Below, piece after piece: positions 56,970-64,000 of a stretch of DNA of 64,000 nucleotides. This DNA is from Thermoleophilia bacterium (GTDB lineage Bacteria; Actinomycetota; Thermoleophilia; BMS3ABIN01). The number at the start of each line of letters is the position of its first letter. Within the stretch, counting starts at the first letter, position 1. A model generated the notes under the pieces. The model made no database searches. It was given only the letters and a program-made list of their open reading frames with translations, and was not told the origin of the DNA. A program made the position numbers and the translations under genes. The stretch spans positions 1,072-65,071 of the forward strand of contig JACUUL010000005.1 of the NCBI GenBank assembly GCA_014859345.1, read 5' to 3'.

Positions 56970-58732
56970 CAGCCGGCCAGTAGTCGCAGTTTAAGAAGGA
57001 CGAGTTCCGCCAGCGATCTGAGCTGGGGGGAAGTGGCTATGACGACCGCCATGGGCACCATCGCCGCTGTCACGAGCACGCTTATTTCCACGGCCAGCCT
57101 CAGTGGCGTCGGATCGCAGATATTGATGGCAGCCGGGTCCGGGCCAGCCCTTCGCAGAACCCGGGCTCTCGTCGACTGCTGCTCGAGGGTCCAGGCCATG
57201 AGCCTGCTCCAGGCCCGGGGCAGAGACTCGCGCCCCTTGAGCACGGCCAGCAGGGCCAGCGGTGGTCCGAATACGACCAAAACCCTGAGCGGTTTCTGAA
57301 TATCCATGGAAACAGGCGCGTTCCACCAGAAGCTGTCGAAAAAGGTGACGCTGAACGAAAAGGCCAGCGCGGCCACCAGCATCAGCCGGTGGGGCCTGAG
57401 CGCGATCAGTCCCAGCGCCAGAGTCAGATACCATGGTTGAAACCAAAAAAGCGCAAAGGGGGTGAGAAAAGCAACTCCCGCGGCGGCCGACAGCATTCCG
57501 CCGAAGTGCCTGACACCGGCGATATGCCAGAGCAGGTAAAGGGCCAGTACGCCCGCGAGTGAACCCTGGACGATGGTATTGGACATGGAGAGCTCGATAT
57601 GGCCGGCGGCGGCATCCCTGATGAGCATCGATATCGTGAAGTTGGTCTTCTGGCCGACCGTGGTGAGATAGTAGAAGGTTTCGCGGCCGACCCAGAGAGG
57701 GAAGTAGCTCAGCACCGAGACCGCGGAGCACAGGGCCAGGATGCCCGCGCCCAGGCCCAGCCTGCGGGACAGGCCCTCCTGCTGCCGGATGGCGAGGGCC
57801 AGGTAGATCAACAGGATGGGCAGGGTGATGAACTTCACCAGCGTCGCCAGAGTTATGAAAAGGGCCCCGATGACCACCCGCTTTTCCAGATACATGAGAA
57901 AACCGGCTAGCACCAGCGTCAGCATGAGAATGTCGTTGTGGGCGTTGGCCACCACGAATGTCAGGATGAACGGGTTCCAGCCATAAAAGACGAGGGCCTT
58001 GTTTTCAAGTCCTGGTTTGAGCCTCCTGGCGAGTTTCCAGATCAGCCACAGATTGGTGAGGTTCAGGCCGATAAAGAATCCCTTGAAAATGAAGAAGTTG
58101 GCAGTGAAGCTATCGCCTGCGACCCGGGCCAGCAAGGCCATGAGGTAAACATGAAGAGAGCCATAAACAGAACCGGTGCCGACCCAGCCACCGGCAGTAA
58201 AGAACGGGTCATGAGGAAAGTACGTGGCCGGGATCACCAGTGGATTCTCACCATAGAAAGCCAGGATCCTTCCGTGACGGATATAATCGAAAATATCGGT
58301 CGAGAGCAGGAAAGGGGTAGCCAGCATTATCAGGTGGAACAGTACTGAAAAAACGACGATGACGCGGACCAGGCTCCTGCCGTATACGGGGCCATTCCGC
58401 AGGTGCGGCGGGTTGCCGGCAGGACCGCCGGCTGCCGCGCCGGCGGACCTTAAGGCGAACAGGTAGAGCCCGAACAGGGCCACTGCGTTTATGCTTAAAA
58501 AGACATAAAGAAGAAAATAGCTGGAAAATTTAAAACCGCCCTCCGTGGGCAATGCCAGGTAAGGCGGGAAACGGGTCCAGTCCGTGCCGGGTACCAAAAA
58601 AGGCATCGCAGCGAACTTGACATAAGCCAGAAGCAGGATGAACCCGGTCGCCACGATAACCTGCCGGGGCTTCTGCAAGCCGGCGGCCCAACAATCATTT
58701 ATGATTTTGCGGACATTCACGGGATTTCTCAT
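56969..58732 (-). CDS. large polytopic membrane protein, putative GT-C-type glycosyl/mannosyltransferase (DUF2029-like)
   Basis: 587 aa with ~14 TM helices, typical of lipid-linked-sugar-dependent glycosyltransferases. Confidence 0.4.
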   Translation of the reverse strand: MRNPVNVRKIINDCWAAGLQKPRQVIVATGFILLLAYVKFAAMPFLVPGTDWTRFPPYLALPTEGGFKFSSYFLLYVFLSINAVALFGLYLFALRSAGAAAGGPAGNPPHLRNGPVYGRSLVRVIVVFSVLFHLIMLATPFLLSTDIFDYIRHGRILAFYGENPLVIPATYFPHDPFFTAGGWVGTGSVYGSLHVYLMALLARVAGDSFTANFFIFKGFFIGLNLTNLWLIWKLARRLKPGLENKALVFYGWNPFILTFVVANAHNDILMLTLVLAGFLMYLEKRVVIGALFITLATLVKFITLPILLIYLALAIRQQEGLSRRLGLGAGILALCSAVSVLSYFPLWVGRETFYYLTTVGQKTNFTISMLIRDAAAGHIELSMSNTIVQGSLAGVLALYLLWHIAGVRHFGGMLSAAAGVAFLTPFALFWFQPWYLTLALGLIALRPHRLMLVAALAFSFSVTFFDSFWWNAPVSMDIQKPLRVLVVFGPPLALLAVLKGRESLPRAWSRLMAWTLEQQSTRARVLRRAGPDPAAINICDPTPLRLAVEISVLVTAAMVPMAVVIATSPQLRSLAELVLLKLRLLAG

Positions 58733-58958
58733 TATTCTGCAGGGAACCTCCGGGCGCGAACGGCCCGCATGGCAATTGAGGGAAGGACTCTCTCATGAGC
58801 CTTACTATCCTATAGAAAGAACTTTAAATGCTCAAGACGCCAAAAGTTTTGCAGCGGGCCGCGGCTAAATTATACTTAACGCGCACAGCGATTGCTCGGA
58901 AGTGCCTGTGACTGGCGGACAGACGCACGCACGGGTAAACAGTTCAGGAGGACAAGAC

Positions 58959-60332
58959 ATGGCAGAAACAGGCGCACCAGAAGAAATACAGGTCTACCGG
59001 GCAACTTGGGTAATGCCCATCACGTCTGATCCCATTTACGATGGCGCCGTCGCCGTCAAGGGTGACAGCATCGTGGCGGTGGCGCCGTTTGACAAGGTTT
59101 CGGATGCCTTCCCCGGAGCCAGAGTCATCGATTTTCAGGATGCGCTTCTTCTGCCCGGATTTGTCAACTGTCACAGCCATCTCGAATACGCCTGCTTCCG
59201 AGGGCTTATCGACAATCATAATTTTGGTCCCTGGATCCTGGAGTTCATCGGCTTCAAGGCCAGGCTCAACGGCCCTGATTATGCCGCCAGCGCCTATCTG
59301 GGCGCTGCGGAGTGCATTACCTCGGGAATAACGACCGTGGGTGACGCCATGTACTCCGGCGAGAGCCTCAAGGCCATCCGGCAATCCGGCCTGAGGGCGC
59401 GCGCCTATCAGGAGGCACTGGGCATCGATGACGCCCATCTGGACGATACCATGGCCCGGCTCTCTGAAAAGCTGGACGAGCTCAGGGAACAAACCGGAGA
59501 TCTGATCGAAATCGGTTTATTCCCTCATGCCACGTACACGGTGAGCGCCAGCCTCTACCGGGCCATAGCCGAGTATGCCCGGGAAAGGGGCATGATGGTC
59601 GCGTCACATGTGGCTGAGAGCAACGAGGAGACAATTTATATCCGCTCGGGCACCGGCATGCTGGCGCTGGACCTGCGGGAAAAGGTGGGATGGGATCACC
59701 TGAGCCGCCAGCCTTTCGGCGTGACGCCGGTCAAGTATCTGCAGCAATGGAATGTTTTCGGACCGGATTTCATGGCGGTTCATTGCGTGCATGTGGGGCC
59801 CCGCGACATCGACGTCATGGCCTCGCATGATGTGTCCGTGGCCCACTGCCCCAAGAGCAACGCCAAGCTGGGTTGCGGCATCGCGCCGCTGCCGGCCCTC
59901 CTCGAGGCGGGCATGCGGGTTGGCTTCGGCACTGACAGCCCCGCCAGCAGCAACATCATGGACATGTTCGGGGAGATGCGAACCGCTATTTTCTTGCATC
60001 GCGGCGTGCGCCGCGATACCAGGGTGCTCAATGCTGCCGACTGCGTTCTGATGGCCACCCTGGGAGGGGCGCGGGCCATGAGGATGGATGACCGCATCGG
60101 CTCCCTGGAGCCGGGGAAGCAGGCCGACATGATTGCTGTGGATATCAAGTTCAACCACTTCACGCCGGTTCACGATCCATATTCGGCGCTGGTTTACGGG
60201 GCCAACCAGGAGGATGTATTCTTCACGATGGTCGACGGCCGGGTCGTATACGACCGCAAGGTACTGAAGACCCTGGATAACGAGAAAATGACCGCGGATG
60301 CGCTCGAAGTAAAAAACAAGCTGCGCTCTTAG
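58959..60332 (+). CDS. amidohydrolase-family nucleoside/nucleobase deaminase (MtaD/SsnA-like)
   Basis: 'VNCHSHLEY' HxH metal site and 'HCV...D' downstream motifs. ATG at 58959 with AGGAGG upstream. Confidence 0.7.
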   Translation: MAETGAPEEIQVYRATWVMPITSDPIYDGAVAVKGDSIVAVAPFDKVSDAFPGARVIDFQDALLLPGFVNCHSHLEYACFRGLIDNHNFGPWILEFIGFKARLNGPDYAASAYLGAAECITSGITTVGDAMYSGESLKAIRQSGLRARAYQEALGIDDAHLDDTMARLSEKLDELREQTGDLIEIGLFPHATYTVSASLYRAIAEYARERGMMVASHVAESNEETIYIRSGTGMLALDLREKVGWDHLSRQPFGVTPVKYLQQWNVFGPDFMAVHCVHVGPRDIDVMASHDVSVAHCPKSNAKLGCGIAPLPALLEAGMRVGFGTDSPASSNIMDMFGEMRTAIFLHRGVRRDTRVLNAADCVLMATLGGARAMRMDDRIGSLEPGKQADMIAVDIKFNHFTPVHDPYSALVYGANQEDVFFTMVDGRVVYDRKVLKTLDNEKMTADALEVKNKLRS

Positions 60333-60373
60333 GCCCGCCGCCGGCGCTTTTTTAGAATTTTCAAAGGGCGCAG

Positions 60374-61462
60374 CTAGTTCGTATATTCCACCGGCCAGAA
60401 CTCGCCAGGCCTCATATCCTTCTTCATCTCGCCGTAAAGAAATTTAATGGCGGGGCAATATTCCCTGATGGGCTGAAAAATATCGCCGGTCCACTGGAAA
60501 GTTGTCCCCAGACAATGTCCGCAGCATTGATAGCGTATCTCACAATCGCTGCACTCTTCCATATTTTCCACCCGGCGGCTGCGCAGATTATCCATCCTTT
60601 CGGGGAAGTAGTCGATCTCTTTCCTCTGCGCGTCCCACTTGCCGTAAATGAGATCCTGTATAGGCGTGTCGCCGGAAAAGGCCCGGTCGCAACTGGAGAC
60701 AAAACCATCCGGAGTCAGATGGGGCGTGGGCTCACAGGCGCGGCAATAAAATGAGCTGTGTCCATCGAAGTTGAAGACGAGATCGTTGGTGTAATGCACT
60801 CCCAGCTCCCTGGCATGCCGCCATGCTTCCACAAACTCGCGGGCGTAATCGATGATGTCCACCGCGTAGATATCATCAACCGTCTTGCCAACGGGATTAA
60901 GAACCGCCTTGGAGATAACGCAGTCGATGCCCAGCTCATGAATTTCGTCTATTATCTCCTTCTGGCGCCGCAGGTTGAACAGGCTAACGGTTAGACCGAT
61001 GCCCACGGAGGTCATGTCTTTAAGTCTCTCGACGGTTTTCAGAATCCTGCCGGTGCTGGGCGTATCTTCCGGTGTTACGCGAATCTGGTCGCAGACATCC
61101 CGGGGACCATCATAAGAGACCCAGACCCGGTGAATATGGTTGCCGATCCATTCGGCGACTTCATCATCGAAGCAGCCATTGGTCAGCAGCTCGAAATAAA
61201 CCCCCTCTCCGCCGGCCAGATCACAGGCGATCTCCCGCACTTTCTTGATGCCTTCAATGTTTTGCGTGGGCTCGCCGACGCTGTAAAATCTCACCTTGAA
61301 GTTGCGCGTCTTTTCGAAATATTCCTGCATGGCGGCGCGGACAAAATCGGTATCGATGTGAATGTTCTTCCTTTCCATCGATGAAGTGATGCAATATTTG
61401 CACCGCAGGTTGCAGGCGGTGGTCATCAGGCAGGTAATGAACTTCTTGTTGTAGTGGGCCAT
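60374..61462 (-). CDS. radical SAM protein with C-terminal Cys-rich (SPASM-like) domain
   Basis: 'CNLRCKYC' radical SAM site, and C-terminal CxxC...CSDCEIRYQCCGHC cysteine clusters. Confidence 0.65.
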   Translation of the reverse strand: MAHYNKKFITCLMTTACNLRCKYCITSSMERKNIHIDTDFVRAAMQEYFEKTRNFKVRFYSVGEPTQNIEGIKKVREIACDLAGGEGVYFELLTNGCFDDEVAEWIGNHIHRVWVSYDGPRDVCDQIRVTPEDTPSTGRILKTVERLKDMTSVGIGLTVSLFNLRRQKEIIDEIHELGIDCVISKAVLNPVGKTVDDIYAVDIIDYAREFVEAWRHARELGVHYTNDLVFNFDGHSSFYCRACEPTPHLTPDGFVSSCDRAFSGDTPIQDLIYGKWDAQRKEIDYFPERMDNLRSRRVENMEECSDCEIRYQCCGHCLGTTFQWTGDIFQPIREYCPAIKFLYGEMKKDMRPGEFWPVEYTN

Positions 61463-61497
61463 GATTCAACCCCTCCTTTCTGTTCAATCGAACCGAT

Positions 61498-61899
61498 TCA
61501 GACCGGGTTTTCCTGCACCTCTTCCAGGGGATAGGCGCCATTTTCGTCGTGCACTTCCTGGCCGGTGCATGGCGGATTGAAAACACAGGCCATGCGCATG
61601 TCTGTCTTCGCCCTCAGTATGTGGTGGTCATGCCGGTCGAGAGCATAGATGGTTCCGGCCCTGACGGCATATATTTTTCCATCCTCGACGGTTTCCACCT
61701 CGCCATCGCCCTCGATGCAGTAGACCGCCTCCAGATGGTTTAAATACCGCATGTGCGTCTCCGTACCGGCATGGATTATCGTCTCGTGAAAAGAGAAACC
61801 CATACCATCCTGCTGAAGCAGCAGGCGCCGGCTTGTCCAGTTGGGGGTCGAGACCTCGGCCTCGGTGCCCATGATCTGTTCCACGCTCCTGACTATCAC
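61498..61899 (-). CDS. ectC: L-ectoine synthase
   Basis: 133 aa cupin with an EctC signature ('MIVRSVEQI', 'GDGEVETVEDG'). Overlaps ectB by 4 nt. Confidence 0.8.
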   Translation of the reverse strand: MIVRSVEQIMGTEAEVSTPNWTSRRLLLQQDGMGFSFHETIIHAGTETHMRYLNHLEAVYCIEGDGEVETVEDGKIYAVRAGTIYALDRHDHHILRAKTDMRMACVFNPPCTGQEVHDENGAYPLEEVQENPV

Positions 61900-63173
61900 C
61901 CGATACCTCCCGCCAGCAGGTTTTTCTTATGTTTGAGGACCGTGTAGAGGCACTCCTCGATTACGTCCAGGCCCCTGTACAGCAACTTGTCTTCGATGAT
62001 CAGCGGGGGGAGAAACTTGAGGACATTTTCCTCGGCTCCCGCCACCTCGATGACCATGCCTTTGTTAAACGCCTCTTTCGAGATCTCCGTTGCCAGGCCC
62101 TTGGGAGAGATATCCAGGCCATAGATCAGGCCGCGGCCTCTGACCTCCATTTCCAGCTCCGGAAACTCCTCCACCATCCTTTCCAGCTCCTCCTGGAGGA
62201 TTTCCGATTTCCGGAAGACCTCATCGGATAAACGGTCATCATCCCAGTAACGCAGCGCTTCCGTGGCGATTACGAATGCCAGGTTGTTGCCGCGGAAAGT
62301 GCCTGTATGCTCCCCCGGCTTCCACTGGTCGATTTCCGGTTTCAACAACACCAGCGACAGTGGCAGGCCGCCACCTATGGACTTTGACAACAATATGATA
62401 TCGGGATCGAGGCCGGCCTCTTCAAAGCTGAAAAAGTCGCCGGTGCGGCCGTTGCCCACCTGGATGTCGTCGATAATCAGAAGGATGTCCAGCTCCCGGC
62501 AGACCAGCTCGAGACCCTTCAGCCACCGGCTGCTCGCCACGTTGACCCCGCCTTCGGCCTGAATGGTTTCGACGATGATCGCCGCCGGCAGATCCACGCC
62601 GCTGCTTTTGTCCATCAGCGAGGCTCTCAAGTATTCGATGGTGTCGAAATCACCGTTCAGATAACCCTCGTAGGGCGCAAATGATACATTGATGCGGTTG
62701 ATAAAGGCCTCATCGCGGTAAAATGAGTTTCCCGTCAGGGCCATGGAGCCCATGGTAAGCCCGTGGAAGCCATTGGTAAAGGAAATGACGTTGGACCGTC
62801 CTTTTACCATCCGCGCCAGTTTCAGGGCCGTTTCCACGGCGTTGGTGCCGGTGGGGCCGGGGAACTGCACCTTGTAGTTCATGTTGCGAGGAACCAGGAT
62901 GGTGTCCCGGAGTTTTTCCAGAAACTCCTTTTTTGCCGCCGTGGCTTTATCCAGGCCATGGATGATTCCGTCGCTCTTTATGTACTCGATGAGCGCTTCG
63001 CTGAACCGGGGATTATTGTGTCCGTAATTAAGGGTCCCGGCTCCCGCGAAGAAATCCAGATATTCCCTGCCCTGTTCATCGTAAACCATACATCCCTTGG
63101 CTTTTTCAAACACCGTGGGAAACATGCGGATGTAACTTCGCACGTTCGATTCAATCTCTTCAAAAATACGCAT
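61896..63173 (-). CDS. ectB: diaminobutyrate--2-oxoglutarate transaminase
   Basis: 'IFEEIESNVRSYIRMFPTVFEKAKG' EctB N-terminus and a class III aminotransferase fold. ATG at 63173 with AAGGAGAGG upstream. Confidence 0.85.
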   Translation of the reverse strand: MRIFEEIESNVRSYIRMFPTVFEKAKGCMVYDEQGREYLDFFAGAGTLNYGHNNPRFSEALIEYIKSDGIIHGLDKATAAKKEFLEKLRDTILVPRNMNYKVQFPGPTGTNAVETALKLARMVKGRSNVISFTNGFHGLTMGSMALTGNSFYRDEAFINRINVSFAPYEGYLNGDFDTIEYLRASLMDKSSGVDLPAAIIVETIQAEGGVNVASSRWLKGLELVCRELDILLIIDDIQVGNGRTGDFFSFEEAGLDPDIILLSKSIGGGLPLSLVLLKPEIDQWKPGEHTGTFRGNNLAFVIATEALRYWDDDRLSDEVFRKSEILQEELERMVEEFPELEMEVRGRGLIYGLDISPKGLATEISKEAFNKGMVIEVAGAEENVLKFLPPLIIEDKLLYRGLDVIEECLYTVLKHKKNLLAGGIG

Positions 63174-63194
63174 AAGAAATAACACCTCTCCTTT

Positions 63195-63926
63195 CTATCG
63201 GGGTAACGGACCCAGGCTGAGAAGAATTTCTTCTTCATGCCTTTCCTCTTCAGGAAAAATATTCCGGCCTAAAAAAGGCCTTTCCTCGCAGGCTGTTTCC
63301 AGCTCGGACGCCAGAGATAGAAACAGGCTTCGGGAAGCCTGGTTTGATGGCGTTACAGTTGCTTCGATATACCTCGCGCCGCTGCCTGCCCGGCGCAGCA
63401 GTTCGCGCAACAGGGTTCTGCCAAGTCCCTGCTTTCTGGCGTCCGGAAGGACGGCTATCTGCCAGACAAAGATGACGCTCTCAGCTTGGGGCGGCCTGTA
63501 GGCAAGAACAAACCCGAGCAAGTGGGAATTTTTTTCAGCAATCAGGCATGTCCTGGAAAAATGCCTGCAAAAAAGGAGATAAAAGTAAGGGGAGTTAAGG
63601 TCCAGCGGCTTGCTCAGGCAGGCCAGGCTCCAGATGCGGGAGCCGTCTTCAATGCCGGGATTTCTGATTACGATCGGATTTTCGGCCGCTCGTTCGGAGA
63701 TGTCGAACAGTCCTTTCAGAAAATAACGAGCATATATGTTCCACTTTCTGGAAGTGAATGTCAAATCTGTTGACCAGGAAGATGTCAAGTAATAAAAATC
63801 TACCGATGTGTCAATGGAGCTGCAGGCCGGGAAATTGGAATCGGGAGGCGGCGATCTCCATCGGCCCGGCCGGGGGGTTGGCTTATCCTGTGCACATTGA
63901 TATAATACGCGCAATACAAAGTCCAC
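63195..63926 (-). CDS. ectA: L-2,4-diaminobutyrate acetyltransferase; true start probably internal near 63710
   Basis: The conserved EctA block 'IRNPGIEDGSRIWSLA...LDLNSPYFYLLFCRHF...VWQIAVLPDARKQGLG' covers only the C-terminal ~170 aa. The 5' part of the track ORF is AT-rich and looks like leader. Confidence 0.65.
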   Translation of the reverse strand: MDFVLRVLYQCAQDKPTPRPGRWRSPPPDSNFPACSSIDTSVDFYYLTSSWSTDLTFTSRKWNIYARYFLKGLFDISERAAENPIVIRNPGIEDGSRIWSLACLSKPLDLNSPYFYLLFCRHFSRTCLIAEKNSHLLGFVLAYRPPQAESVIFVWQIAVLPDARKQGLGRTLLRELLRRAGSGARYIEATVTPSNQASRSLFLSLASELETACEERPFLGRNIFPEEERHEEEILLSLGPLPR

Positions 63927-64000
63927 GAAAGACCCGGTTGTCCCTCGCGTTCCTTTTCTGAAACCTTACGGATCAACTGTGTCTGCAAGCGCAGTGCGAT

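Noticed and set aside
1-64000. CRISPR arrays, tRNA/rRNA genes, transposases, integrases, prophage or toxin-antitoxin modules
   Set aside because: No regularly spaced repeats, no T-loop (GGTTCGA-type) cloverleaf candidates in the intergenic regions inspected, and no recombinase-like ORFs. A computational tRNA scan is still advisable.

Overview
This window is a high-GC, gene-dense bacterial chromosomal segment that looks like an anaerobe with selenium-dependent metabolism. I found no rRNA, tRNA, CRISPR array, transposase or integrase. Boundaries may be off by a base or so, because hand translation of one stretch (around 21480-21541) disagreed with the supplied ORF track.

Gene content from left to right:
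- **Fatty-acid initiation cluster:** fabH-fabK-fabD-fabG-fabF-accD-accA, with no acpP between fabG and fabF.
- **Minus-strand cluster:** a class I aldolase, an amidohydrolase-2, LarB and a small RsbRD_N-like protein.
- **proA**, on the plus strand.
- **A second minus-strand operon:** galT, a GlcF-like Fe-S oxidoreductase, a class II aldolase, a TauE/SafE permease and selD.
- **A [NiFe]-hydrogenase operon:** Tat-signal small subunit, large subunit, cytochrome b and maturation protease, followed by fxsA and a spermidine-synthase/membrane fusion.
- **An accessory-looking stretch:** an ABC-class ATPase, an Fe-S APS/PAPS reductase, an LppP-like protein, a DNA-repair-type radical SAM protein and archaemetzincin.
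- **Housekeeping genes:** korAB, pyrE, a CsoR-like repressor and PBP1A.
- **An origin-type block:** mnmE, a short GidA paralogue, mnmG, rsmG, parA, parB and a Roadblock/LC7 gene.
- **Remaining genes:** a YyaL thioredoxin-domain protein, nrdR plus class II nrdJ, a GGDEF protein, udg, rlmD, tatAC, an MctB-like protein, a large glycosyltransferase-like membrane protein, an amidohydrolase, a radical SAM/SPASM protein and ectCBA.

The main finding is that two genes are selenoproteins that the ORF track truncates at an in-frame TGA.
- **selD (11843..12901, minus strand).** It extends upstream through a TGA (12851-12853) to an ATG at 12899-12901. The restored N-terminus reads MEEQEIRLTQLAHGAG-U-ACKISP, matching the SelD active site.
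- **Hydrogenase large subunit (21549..23180, minus strand).** It reads through a TGA (21615-21617). The restored C-terminus is ...VHTFDP-U-MACAVH..., the [NiFeSe] signature.
- Both TGAs are followed 11 nt later by a hairpin, the classic bacterial SECIS geometry.

Secondary observations include an orphan LarB neighbourhood, a truncated MnmG paralogue between mnmE and mnmG, parAB coupled to a Roadblock gene, an autoregulated-looking CsoR-like gene with a textbook promoter and operator, NrdR-box-like sites in an AT-rich island, a tandem direct repeat, and an ectABC operon followed by a radical SAM gene.
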